DNA from: a virus | Length of the DNA: 64,000 nucleotides | Strand: one strand, 5' to 3' | IMG/VR virus record: IMGVR_UViG_3300002092_001594 | Span: 1-64,000 of that record | In this document: one piece after another, positions 55,136 through 64,000 of the stretch | Position numbering within the stretch: position 1 is the first letter of the stretch | Layout: every line of letters begins with the position of its first letter | The notes under the pieces: generated by a model | Database searches by the model: none | Told to the model about the DNA's origin: nothing | The model's input: the letters and a program-made list of their open reading frames with translations, nothing else | Translations under genes and position numbers: made by a program

Positions 55136-55967
55136 TTAAAGTTTTATTCCAAGCTGCAATATGCAATCTAGTTAAACCGCGGAAACGATATTTCTTAGCC
55201 ATCTCCATTACAAATCGAGTTCTCTCTTCAAAGTTAGCAGCATCATCTAAACCCGGCATACAGACTACGTTCTTTAAAGGTATATTAAACGGTTCTACAA
55301 AATCTCTAAAGATCTCTTTAACATCGTCTTCACTACTAATAACAAACTTAAATTGATAGTTCTTATGTTGTTTAATACGTTCAATTGCTTCTGGTACAAT
55401 ACGCTGTTTCTCAGTCATACCTGAATTAGATAATTTAGGTGAACAGTTAATTTGATCTAACATATTAAATAACTTAACATCTATTACTATAGTACCGTTA
55501 GTTTCTATTTCATAAAATGGATAAACATCATTTCTATCAAGATATCTTGACATCCAATGATTGGTAAAGTTAACAATTGCTTCTTGATGACCTTTAATTG
55601 TTGGCTCACCACCAGTCCAAATAATATGAACTAAACCGTTTTTAATATCTTCATATACACCTTCTCCTTTCCAACGATTAATTAAATAATCAAATTCTTT
55701 ATCTTCACCTCTCCATAACCACTGAGATGTAGAATCACAAGTCCATGTTGCTTTACCTTCTTTAACTAAATCACCTTCGAATATTTCTCCGTCTTCTAAC
55801 TTTTGTTCTTTTTCTAATTGATTAGTAAATGCTCTACTCATACCACACGTTAAGTTACAAATACCTAAACGAACGAAGTATGCTGGAATACCAGATGAAA
55901 TTCCTTCACCTTGTACTGTATAGAAGTCACTCGAGATAAGTAACTTATTTGGATCTATCTTACTCAT
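55128..55967 (-). CDS. queE: 7-carboxy-7-deazaguanine synthase (radical SAM)
   Basis: FYTVQGEG, FVRL..CNLTC..WTCDS, TGGEP, IETNGT, SPK, RLH. Confidence 0.92.
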   Translation of the reverse strand: MSKIDPNKLLISSDFYTVQGEGISSGIPAYFVRLGICNLTCGMSRAFTNQLEKEQKLEDGEIFEGDLVKEGKATWTCDSTSQWLWRGEDKEFDYLINRWKGEGVYEDIKNGLVHIIWTGGEPTIKGHQEAIVNFTNHWMSRYLDRNDVYPFYEIETNGTIVIDVKLFNMLDQINCSPKLSNSGMTEKQRIVPEAIERIKQHKNYQFKFVISSEDDVKEIFRDFVEPFNIPLKNVVCMPGLDDAANFEERTRFVMEMAKKYRFRGLTRLHIAAWNKTLNV

Positions 55968-56182
55968 TACTTTTTACGTTTTAATTGTCTTTCTGAAATA
56001 GTTTCAGTTACTGGCTCTTGCATTTCTACTACAGTTTTTACTGTTACTCTTTTAGTAGCTACTTTCCATTCAGACTTCGGAATAAAGCCCCATTCTCTAG
56101 TAGCTTGATCAGCTTTTTCATTTGTTACTCGAATTATTTCTCCGGTCTTAGAACTCTTTAAACATTTCATAGTTTCCTCCAT
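55967..56182 (-). CDS. Hypothetical protein
   Basis: I.RV....A...W.FIPKSEWK. Confidence 0.65.
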   Translation of the reverse strand: MEETMKCLKSSKTGEIIRVTNEKADQATREWGFIPKSEWKVATKRVTVKTVVEMQEPVTETISERQLKRKK

Positions 56183-56199
56183 GTTTTATTGTGATTAAA

Positions 56200-56484
56200 T
56201 TATTTTTTATCTACATAGTGATGTAGCTTCTTTCTTAACCTATCAATTCGTATTTGACAGTACCACTTTCCCATATTACTGGATGCATTAGCATACCTTT
56301 CTTGCCAGTACTTAATAGCTTTATTAGTTTTAGCATTAGCTTCTTCCAGGTAGTCAATATCCCAGTAGCTATTATTTTCAAGTATTTCTTCATCAGTAGG
56401 AATATAAGGATTTTCTTCTCTATACTCTTCGATAAGCATTTTACGTCGAGACTTTTCTTGGTTCTTTTTAAATTTCTTATCCAT
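56200..56484 (-). CDS. Hypothetical protein
   Basis: 94 aa ORF. Confidence 0.6.
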   Translation of the reverse strand: MDKKFKKNQEKSRRKMLIEEYREENPYIPTDEEILENNSYWDIDYLEEANAKTNKAIKYWQERYANASSNMGKWYCQIRIDRLRKKLHHYVDKK

Positions 56485-56951
56485 TAGCCTATATAAATTG
56501 CTGAATTTCTTTTATTCTCAAAGAATTCTACTTTTAAAACCTTAACGCGCCCTTTCGTTTCTTCTTGTACGAAGGTGTTAATTTTACCGTAGATATACTT
56601 TGCAAATTGTTCTGCACCTACTGGACCTTCAAGTATCCTCAACTGAACTACTTCTTTCTTGTCTAGTTCTTTAAAGATCTCTAATTCAGGATCGTCTGGT
56701 GCTAATACTGTAGTATGGTCGAACATGAAGTCCATCCATGCTTTTGGATTCATACCATCGATATTACCTTTAGCTCTTTTCATACCGCCAAAGTCCCATA
56801 CCCAGTTTCTATGATCTAACTCTCCTTCAAAAGTTACTCTAAACTCGATATCGTAGCCATGTAAAAATCTACAATGCGTTCCTTCTGCAGCCCATTGACG
56901 AAAGACGGTGCTAAAGCCGTCGTATAATTTTGTTGATTGAAATGTACTCAT
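56484..56951 (-). CDS. queD: 6-carboxytetrahydropterin synthase
   Basis: HC.FLHGY, WV.DFG, FDH, AEQFA, E..RNSA.Y. Confidence 0.88.
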   Translation of the reverse strand: MSTFQSTKLYDGFSTVFRQWAAEGTHCRFLHGYDIEFRVTFEGELDHRNWVWDFGGMKRAKGNIDGMNPKAWMDFMFDHTTVLAPDDPELEIFKELDKKEVVQLRILEGPVGAEQFAKYIYGKINTFVQEETKGRVKVLKVEFFENKRNSAIYIG

Positions 56952-56969
56952 AACTGTATTTTTATAAAA

Positions 56970-57182
56970 TTAAGTATTTTCTCTCAGATGACCAAATTTT
57001 TCATCAAGTATTTGGTTTCCTCTTTTTGCTTTAGGAGTATATGGACAATGCCTACATCCATTCCCGCAACATTGACCTCTTTGATAGAGGAAGAGAGGTG
57101 TGAAAATTACACGCTCTTCCTCTAAGTAATAGTGTAGTACTTCTTGTGTACCTATGTTTCTAAAATGGTTATCTTCCCCCAT
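56970..57182 (-). CDS. Cys-rich small protein (DUF5522-like)
   Basis: RGQCCGNGCRHCPY. Confidence 0.75.
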   Translation of the reverse strand: MGEDNHFRNIGTQEVLHYYLEEERVIFTPLFLYQRGQCCGNGCRHCPYTPKAKRGNQILDEKFGHLRENT

Positions 57183-57186
57183 AAAT

Positions 57187-59043
57187 TTATACTATTTCAC
57201 AAGCACCACCTGCGCAAGCAGCTTCTCCCATTAAGTTAGTATTGTCGTTAAACTCTACTACTTTAGATAAATCTACATTATGTAAATGTTGAATCATCTC
57301 TTCGTACTTCTCTTCCGTACAGTCCTCAAAAGGTGCTTGAATATAAGTTCCACCGTTATAAGGTAATACTGATAATCCATTATAGAATTTTCTATTCTCC
57401 CACATCCATTTTCCTACTGCTTCCCATTCATCTTCTTTAATAGATACTGTAGCTGAAATATTGTGAGTATTTTGTCCTGATCTATGACCTGGTTTAATCC
57501 AGTTCTGATAGAAGAATTTAACTCTCTCTAATAACTCTAAAGCAGACTCGGTTCTAAAAATAGATCCTGCTGGTGCTTTTTGCGGTACTGAGATTACTGC
57601 AGTATCGTGAGGGCGGAAATATTCGTCTTCAATTAATTCTGGGTGATTAATAGCTAGGTGAGAGTAAATTGCTTCGTTCTTACCTACTCTAATTCTACGG
57701 ATGTAATAATCGTTATGCCAAGCGTGAATACCTGAAGAAGTACCTAAAGTTAAAGACGAAGTACCAGAAGGTTTAATTGTAGTACATCTAGCAGCTGCAT
57801 TTATACCTAATAATTTAGCAACTCTTTCGTTTTCTTCTTTAGTAATTTTAGCTGCTACTTTTAAATCTAATTTTTGAGCTGCACCAGAACCAATACCTGT
57901 CATACCAACGCCTATTAGACCATCTTTTTCAGTTGTTCTTTGCCATACTGGACGTAAGTAATGGAAGCTAGTATAAGATGCTTGTAGGGTACCAATAAAT
58001 GCAGCAGCTTTAACTCTTGCATTTAAATCATCTTGATCTACGACATCAGAAACATTTACTTCACATAAGTTACAAAACTGGAAAGGACGTAAAGCAATTT
58101 CACAACAAGGATTAGTTCCCCAATCTTTATCGTTAGATAAGTAAACGCCAGGTTCCCCAGCACCACTTGCCTTAATTTTGTCCCACAAGCCGAAGAAAAA
58201 CTCTTCAGTTACTTTATTTCTTAGTAATACTGCTGAATTATTAGCTCTTCCGCGTTGTGGGTTAAGTTCCCACCATGCGCCTGACTTAGCTGAAATCATA
58301 TCATCGTCATCCGCACTAAAGAGGCTGATTAAAGCTGCTCTTCTAATACCGCCTGTTAATACTGCATCTGCAATATGGCAAACTATATCGTGTACTTCAA
58401 TAGAAGCTAATTTGTCGTTGTTTTCTTTGCTATCTAAAATACCTTGTATCTTAATTAAACATTCTTTTAATGGTTGAGGTCCAGGTGCTTTACCGCCTGT
58501 AGTAATTAAAGCAGCTCCCTTAGCTCTAATATCTGAAAAGTCAAATGCTGGAGATGATCCACCTTCAAAATAAGATCTAACTAACACCTTTACTGCGTCA
58601 GCCCATCCTTCAATAGAATCGCCAATTAAAAAACGTCTAGTTTTCTTTGGATCTGGTTTTCTAATTTCAGGTAATTGCTCAACGTGATGCTTCTGTACTG
58701 AATAACCAACCCCAGTACCGCCTAATAATAAGAACATCGTTTCTCCAAAGGCTCTCCAATCATCAATTGGAAGATAAGCGCAGTTGTAGATACGGTTAGG
58801 ACTGATTTCGATGGGTTTACCTGCAAATTGCATAGAGCGCATTGAAGGTAATGCTTTTCTCTCATAAACATACTGATAAGCATTCTCAATCTCTTCTTGT
58901 AACTTCGGAAATTTCTTTAAGTGCATTGCTTTATTTCTATCTACTAACTCTTTCCATGTCTCCCTTCTCTGTACTTCGGGATTAAATTTGGCATATTTCA
59001 TATATACCGTAATGTCACTTAAAATGCTCTGTGAAATGTCCAT
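57187..59043 (-). CDS. nrdJ: Class II (adenosylcobalamin) ribonucleotide reductase
   Basis: YNC, RRAALI, TNPCCEI, CNL, KPSGT, C-terminal CAGGAC; no beta subunit nearby. Confidence 0.9.
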   Translation of the reverse strand: MDISQSILSDITVYMKYAKFNPEVQRRETWKELVDRNKAMHLKKFPKLQEEIENAYQYVYERKALPSMRSMQFAGKPIEISPNRIYNCAYLPIDDWRAFGETMFLLLGGTGVGYSVQKHHVEQLPEIRKPDPKKTRRFLIGDSIEGWADAVKVLVRSYFEGGSSPAFDFSDIRAKGAALITTGGKAPGPQPLKECLIKIQGILDSKENNDKLASIEVHDIVCHIADAVLTGGIRRAALISLFSADDDDMISAKSGAWWELNPQRGRANNSAVLLRNKVTEEFFFGLWDKIKASGAGEPGVYLSNDKDWGTNPCCEIALRPFQFCNLCEVNVSDVVDQDDLNARVKAAAFIGTLQASYTSFHYLRPVWQRTTEKDGLIGVGMTGIGSGAAQKLDLKVAAKITKEENERVAKLLGINAAARCTTIKPSGTSSLTLGTSSGIHAWHNDYYIRRIRVGKNEAIYSHLAINHPELIEDEYFRPHDTAVISVPQKAPAGSIFRTESALELLERVKFFYQNWIKPGHRSGQNTHNISATVSIKEDEWEAVGKWMWENRKFYNGLSVLPYNGGTYIQAPFEDCTEEKYEEMIQHLHNVDLSKVVEFNDNTNLMGEAACAGGACEIV

Positions 59044-59131
59044 TTTTTCGTCGTTTTTTATAATTTTAAAGATACGTTTTTCATTCGGGGTTTTAACACC
59101 ACCGTTAAGTCTATAACTTACTTAGTTAAAT

Positions 59132-59344
59132 TTACAGGTTTTTGTTTAGACCGTCTTGAAAGACTGTCTCAAGGTATGAGGTTCCAGCAGCAGGAGGTCT
59201 AAAAGTAGGATCTACCATATCTCTCTCTACCAAATCATTAGTGCCATTTTTCTCCATCTCAAATACAAACTCATTATAAGTTTCTTGATTTACAGGAGGT
59301 GCAAATGCTGTCTTTTTTTCGTTGTATAATGTAGTTAAACTCAT
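59132..59344 (-). CDS. Hypothetical protein
   Basis: 70 aa; class II motif upstream. Confidence 0.55.
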   Translation of the reverse strand: MSLTTLYNEKKTAFAPPVNQETYNEFVFEMEKNGTNDLVERDMVDPTFRPPAAGTSYLETVFQDGLNKNL

Positions 59345-59374
59345 ATAAAATACCTTTTGTAGTAATAAATAGCG

Positions 59375-60751
59375 TTATTTCCCTAATTCAAAGAATCTTT
59401 GCTGTAAATAATTTCTTTCTTCTGCACTAAAATTAGTAGTCGGAGCCTTAGGTCCTTGAGTACCATTTTCTACCGTAAATTCCCCCTCTTCCATCTCTCT
59501 ATTTAAAATTTCTATATTACCGTTTTCAGTGTTAATTTTCATTGGATAGGTCATTCCATCACCGCCATATCGATTCTTCATAATATGTGCTCTTCCAGTA
59601 CCGTTCATCTTATCTAAACGCTTTCTTGATAAAGACATTGCAAAATCCGCAATCATAACTTTATTATATGAACCTGCTGCTTTATCTCCTTCAATTACAT
59701 CATCTTTTGCTCCTGCTCTATTTACTTGAGATACAGTCCAAATTGGAAGTTTCAAGTCTCTTGCTAAAGCCTTAGTAGAGATATAGATATCATCAATTTC
59801 ATCTTTTCTGTCAATAGATTTACGTTTAGATTTTAATAAATCTACGTAATCGATAATAACTAAATCTGGTCGAGTTCCAAGGTCAGTCATTTTCTGAATA
59901 TGAGATTCTATACTTGCTATAGATGCTTTACCCATTGAAAATTCTTTAATAATTAACTTACCTTTAAGCTTCTCAATCATCTCATTAACTTCCTGTCTAT
60001 GTAAACCTAATTCCTGTACTTTAAGACCTGTAAAAGTAGCATCGTATCTTCTACCCATATATCCTTCTGATAATTCTAAAGTATAGTGGACTACAGTATA
60101 GCCTAATGATACAGGCATAGCACCTAATGCAGTTAACATCCAACTCTTACCCCCACCTGGATTACCGAAAATAATTCCTACATCACCAGCTCCTAATCCT
60201 CCCTGTAACAAGTCATTAACATGAGGCCAAGGTGTTGGTATAGGATTTCTATCTTCTGCTCTATAACGAGTTTCAGTATCTTTTTCATACTCGTGACCTA
60301 GATTTTTATCCATACCAGCTTTTAATGCTGAATCGATTAAGTATCTAATATCGTCGTATTGTCCTTTCTCTAATAAATCAACTGAAGATAATAATGCTTT
60401 CTTTAACTGCTGGTTCTTACAGAAGTTAGCAAACTCCTGCTCTACATACTCCTGATCTTCGTTAGATGCTTTATAAGCTTCTTTTAATTGCTCGATAACA
60501 GATACTTTTAATACCTCGTTATCAATTTTTTTAACCTCTACCTGTAATGCGTCTAAAGAAGGTGTAGTATGATATTTGTAATGGTATTTTAAAATCTCTT
60601 CTACAATCCATTTATGTGCTGGATTATCAAAATACTCCTCTTCTAATATGTCGTGTATGTTCTGTAAAAATTCTTTATGCTTTAGTAAGCTTGACATCAC
60701 CTTTACCTGAAAGCCTACTCCGTATTGATTCAACTGATTTAAAACTGCCAT
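59375..60751 (-). CDS. dnaB: Replicative DnaB-like helicase
   Basis: GNPGGGKS, TLEL, IDYVD, SQVNR, KNRYG. Confidence 0.93.
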   Translation of the reverse strand: MAVLNQLNQYGVGFQVKVMSSLLKHKEFLQNIHDILEEEYFDNPAHKWIVEEILKYHYKYHTTPSLDALQVEVKKIDNEVLKVSVIEQLKEAYKASNEDQEYVEQEFANFCKNQQLKKALLSSVDLLEKGQYDDIRYLIDSALKAGMDKNLGHEYEKDTETRYRAEDRNPIPTPWPHVNDLLQGGLGAGDVGIIFGNPGGGKSWMLTALGAMPVSLGYTVVHYTLELSEGYMGRRYDATFTGLKVQELGLHRQEVNEMIEKLKGKLIIKEFSMGKASIASIESHIQKMTDLGTRPDLVIIDYVDLLKSKRKSIDRKDEIDDIYISTKALARDLKLPIWTVSQVNRAGAKDDVIEGDKAAGSYNKVMIADFAMSLSRKRLDKMNGTGRAHIMKNRYGGDGMTYPMKINTENGNIEILNREMEEGEFTVENGTQGPKAPTTNFSAEERNYLQQRFFELGK

Positions 60752-60783
60752 AACTAATTCTCTTTATTCTTTAATGTAGTAAA

Positions 60784-61821
60784 CTATTCTTGATCTTTCA
60801 ACTTATACTGTGTTAATTTTGCAAAAGTTTCACTTAACCATATTTGAGGACTAAGTAAAGTCTTACCTAACAAGTCTTCGTTATATAATTTTACAAACCT
60901 AGTAGGGTCGTATTCATTATTTGGGTTATTTAATAGATGATCTATTGTAACCTTATCTTCTTGAGGTATGTTTGGACTATGTAAATCCATTAATTTTCTG
61001 TTTATATCTAATTGATAAGAAAAATTAAGTATATCACCATAATGTTTACTTTTTGCAATATTTTGCTTTGCATGTTCTAGTAAAACTAACAACCTAAATT
61101 TCTCTTCTTCTTTTAATTGAGGAAAAAGCTTTATTAATGTCTTTGCACCAATACCTTTTACCCCAGGTACATTATCGCCCTTATCTCCCAATATAACTTT
61201 ACCTACTAAAAAGTTTTGAGGTGTAATTCCGTACTCTTTTACTACTCTAGCCGGGTCATAGATTATCTTCTTAACTGGTGAATAAACAGATATTTTATCT
61301 GATACGAGTTGTAAGTAATCTTGGTCAGTAGATAATATAGTTACCTTTTCGGGAAACCTAGTTGCAAGGTATCCAATTACGTCATCTGCTTCAATTTTAT
61401 CTACTGCAATTAAATCAACAGGTAGGCACTTTAAATAAGAGACTAAGCGTAAGATTTGATTGGTAATAGATTCAGATTCTTCTTCTTGATTATCAAATGC
61501 ATCCCAGTTTGAGATTTTAGTAATATGTCTATTAGCTTTATACTCTGGGTAAAGGTATCTTTTATTTGTTGAACCACCAACACCGTCAAAAACTAAAATA
61601 ACCCTTGTAGGTTGTATTTGTTTTATCACAGCACCGACTGATTTTAAAAAACCTCCTAGTCCTCCTACGTGGTTACCTGCTGGATTTACGTGATGTATTG
61701 CTACAAAACTACGTAAAAACGTATTTAACGAATCCACAATAAGAACCCTGCTATCTTTATGCAGGGTCGTTACCGGTTCATTTTCCATTTCCGTAAACAT
61801 TTTTCTATAGTCTGTATTCAT
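60784..61821 (-). CDS. 5'-3' exonuclease / flap endonuclease (T4 RNase H-like)
   Basis: VFDG, YKANR, EADD, DQD..QL, GDKGDNVPGVKGIG.KT. Confidence 0.93.
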   Translation of the reverse strand: MNTDYRKMFTEMENEPVTTLHKDSRVLIVDSLNTFLRSFVAIHHVNPAGNHVGGLGGFLKSVGAVIKQIQPTRVILVFDGVGGSTNKRYLYPEYKANRHITKISNWDAFDNQEEESESITNQILRLVSYLKCLPVDLIAVDKIEADDVIGYLATRFPEKVTILSTDQDYLQLVSDKISVYSPVKKIIYDPARVVKEYGITPQNFLVGKVILGDKGDNVPGVKGIGAKTLIKLFPQLKEEEKFRLLVLLEHAKQNIAKSKHYGDILNFSYQLDINRKLMDLHSPNIPQEDKVTIDHLLNNPNNEYDPTRFVKLYNEDLLGKTLLSPQIWLSETFAKLTQYKLKDQE

Positions 61822-61825
61822 ATTA

Positions 61826-62902
61826 TTATTCTTCTGAAGCGTCAAAAATATCCTTACTGTCGTCGTCGGTTTCTATTATTACATCAAAATCAGTAGCACC
61901 TAAAGTTTTTAACCAGTCTTTTGAATACTGTTTCTTATAGGCATCAATAGCTTGCTTAGTATCATCAATAAAACCGTGTGCGGTCATAATGACTCTACCG
62001 GCGGAAGTAACATCGTTAACGTGATTCTTATCACAACTAACTTTAGTACGCTTTGCAAACTCTACATCTTTACCGTTTTTAGTAGCTTTAATCTTATTTG
62101 TACCTGAACTAGTAACGTTACCGAAAGTAACAATTAATGAAGCGTCAAAGTACATCGTATCTCCGCCTTTATTTTTCATCTTAGGCTGTGCCATGATGTT
62201 TTCTGCTTTAGCTACCCAGATTTTATTCACTGCTAGCATTGAGTTGGTATAAGGTTGACTCTCTTTACGTGATAATACGATTTTTTGGTTGATAAAGTTA
62301 CCAAATGTCTTAGACATAGCACCTGCATTCCACTCATTATTGTTCTTATTAGATGTTATAGACATTTCACAAGGTATACTACCTACTGAATCCCATAAAA
62401 ATAATAAATCGTAAGGTAATTTACCGTTCTTTTGTTCGTCTAGTAAATCTGCAATAAATGCACCTACGTCTTCAATACTATTTAGCTTTTCTCTGTCGAT
62501 ATACAAGAAAAAGCCTTTATAATCCTTCACTACTCCGTCTTCATCAGCTACTTCATCAAATTGTAATCCCATTTGCTTGGCATGTTCCCAATTCCACTTC
62601 ATCTCTGTAATGATAAACACAGGTAAGACGCCCATTTTCTGGGCGCTTACCGCTGCTTCTAGAAGAGCTGTTGTTTTACCTGTGTCAGAGTGACCGCGGA
62701 GTAGTGTAATATGGCCTTGTGGGATGCCAGGTATAGATAAACAGTCTTGAAAGGCTTTTGACAAAGGTATCCATTTTTGTTCTTTCATCTTAATCGATGT
62801 ACTAGATAAGTTCTTTGCTTCTTTAAAGCTATCTAGATTAAAGGTACCCTTTAGGGCACCAGCTATACTCTCATTAAGAGAAGCTTTAGTTCCTTTTGCC
62901 AT
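61826..62902 (-). CDS. RecA/UvsX-like recombinase
   Basis: GIPQG, GHSDTGKT, WDSVG, KGG. Confidence 0.88.
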   Translation of the reverse strand: MAKGTKASLNESIAGALKGTFNLDSFKEAKNLSSTSIKMKEQKWIPLSKAFQDCLSIPGIPQGHITLLRGHSDTGKTTALLEAAVSAQKMGVLPVFIITEMKWNWEHAKQMGLQFDEVADEDGVVKDYKGFFLYIDREKLNSIEDVGAFIADLLDEQKNGKLPYDLLFLWDSVGSIPCEMSITSNKNNNEWNAGAMSKTFGNFINQKIVLSRKESQPYTNSMLAVNKIWVAKAENIMAQPKMKNKGGDTMYFDASLIVTFGNVTSSGTNKIKATKNGKDVEFAKRTKVSCDKNHVNDVTSAGRVIMTAHGFIDDTKQAIDAYKKQYSKDWLKTLGATDFDVIIETDDDSKDIFDASEE

Positions 62903-62910
62903 GTATTTGT

Positions 62911-63720
62911 TTATTTAAATAATTCGTCAAACTCGTCGTCAATGCTTGCCTTAGGTTTAGCGTTTAAAGCAAACGATGCTGGTTTATTAGCAGGAGCTGG
63001 TGCTTCTACTACAGGTGCTACAGGAGCTGCTGGTTCGTCAGTAGCCGCTTCAGGGTGTAACCAGCTTAATAAAGACTCTTTCATCTCATCGTAAGAATAT
63101 TTCTTAAAGATAGTGAATACCTCTGGTTGAGTATTTAACCACTTTTCAACCTCTTTAGCATCTTCTGATAAAGTAGTAGTTTTAGTACGAACACGTACTT
63201 TAGATTGATTATAACCAGTACCGTTAGTTGCTGCATCGGTAGTTTCAATCGTAATATCACGACCATCGATTACATCTGTGTAGTCGCCTACATCAGGATC
63301 GTCAGCTAATGATAATAACTCGGCATAAATTTGTTTACCGAACTCCCATAAGCGTACGCCCTTCTCTTCTTCACCTCTAACGATGACAGGAGCAAATACA
63401 CGCATCTTTGGTTCTAATTTCTTAGACATAACCCAGTTTTCTTTATCACCTGCTGTAGCTAATTGCTTAGCAAACTCAACAATTGGATCTTTTTCACCGA
63501 AGTTAACTAATGAAATCATAGTACGGTTACCAATACCGTAATGTACTAATACTTCCTTAAAAGGATTTGATCTGTCCCATGTAGCTGGAACAATACGAAC
63601 GCTGTGTTTACCCACAGTAGGCTTCCATAAAATCAAAGACATGTCTCTTTTTTGACCGCCTGACTTTTGGTTTTGTAGCGAAGTAAGTTTCGACTTAATC
63701 GCGCTGAGGTCCATTGCCAT
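62911..63720 (-). CDS. gp32-like single-stranded DNA-binding protein
   Basis: WKP..G...VR, H, G.DI.I, acidic tail DDEFDELF. Confidence 0.82.
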   Translation of the reverse strand: MAMDLSAIKSKLTSLQNQKSGGQKRDMSLILWKPTVGKHSVRIVPATWDRSNPFKEVLVHYGIGNRTMISLVNFGEKDPIVEFAKQLATAGDKENWVMSKKLEPKMRVFAPVIVRGEEEKGVRLWEFGKQIYAELLSLADDPDVGDYTDVIDGRDITIETTDAATNGTGYNQSKVRVRTKTTTLSEDAKEVEKWLNTQPEVFTIFKKYSYDEMKESLLSWLHPEAATDEPAAPVAPVVEAPAPANKPASFALNAKPKASIDDEFDELFK

Positions 63721-63755
63721 AACTTATTGTTTTAGTTTAAAAATTTATTCTATAA

Positions 63756-63789
63756 GGAAATGTAAGTAGAAAAATCCGAATTAGCAACT
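63756..63789 (-). promoter_or_regulatory. Class I promoter upstream of the replication genes
   Basis: AGTTG-N20-TACATTTCC. Confidence 0.65.
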
Positions 63790-64000
63790 TAAATAGTAAC
63801 TATTTTGTGGATTTTTGTAGAAAGTTTTCTTAGATCATCGCCTTGAGTAAGCAATACAGTGTTTCTGTAATTTTGCCATTCTACTCTAAAGGACGTGTCT
63901 AAGATTCCCTCATTTAGGGATTTAATTAGAAGGTTTAAACTATTAATCGTGTATAACGTATTGGTTTCCTTCTTTCTATGTAAAAGTATCGTATTTGGAA
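63789..64000 (-). CDS. Hypothetical protein, 5' truncated by the window
   Basis: ...NTILLHRKKETNTLYTINSLN...KIVTI*. Confidence 0.7.
   Translation of the reverse strand, partial: PNTILLHRKKETNTLYTINSLNLLIKSLNEGILDTSFRVEWQNYRNTVLLTQGDDLRKLSTKIHKIVTI

Noticed and set aside
50182-56951. Queuosine tRNA-modification operon
   Set aside because: No queA/queG/queH, the TGT-like gene lacks the bacterial Tgt zinc motif, and the context is DNA replication
1368-58477. All other plus-strand ORFs in the track
   Set aside because: They are short shadows of minus-strand genes; the genome here is uniformly minus-strand
1-64000. Stop-codon reassignment
   Set aside because: Core genes are full length in code 11, TAA/TAG/TGA all serve as stops, and no suppressor tRNA was seen
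1-64000. Bacterial chromosome origin (groEL, iscU, gmd, ssrA)
   Set aside because: gp32-like SSB, phage-type RecA and PolA, homing endonucleases, dense tiny ORFs and single-strand coding indicate a phage

Overview
This 64 kb AT-rich window comes from a large tailed dsDNA phage. Essentially all genes lie on the minus strand and read in the standard code. The host is most likely Bacteroidota, judging from TTG-N20-TAnnTTT promoters, lipoproteins, a T9SS-like tail and D-S/T glycosylation sequons. In transcription order (right to left) it holds: (1) a replication core with gp32-like SSB, RecA, 5'-3' exonuclease, DnaB, class II RNR and family A DNA polymerase; (2) a complete 7-deazaguanine DNA-modification cluster with QueD, QueE, a Cys-less QueC, a DpdA/TGT-like protein, QueF, a PurN-like formyltransferase, a P-loop kinase and FolE, predicting formyl-preQ1 DNA; (3) Hsp20/GroES/GroEL and IscU/ferredoxin/IscA; (4) an envelope module of two CsgG-fold paralogs, a cohesin/dockerin-like protein, a T9SS-CTD-like lipoprotein and a Ser-stalked beta-barrel; (5) an RNA operon with a long-tag tmRNA, tRNA-Thr, tRNA-Ser, three unrecognised structured RNAs and a ~160-nt expanded tRNA-like RNA; (6) a 12 kb sugar-nucleotide/glycosyltransferase island, with one GT2 split by a homing endonuclease; (7) many small accessory genes. 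Two promoter-like motif classes recur, and intact and decayed homing endonucleases are present. All calls come from motif reading by eye; no searches were run.
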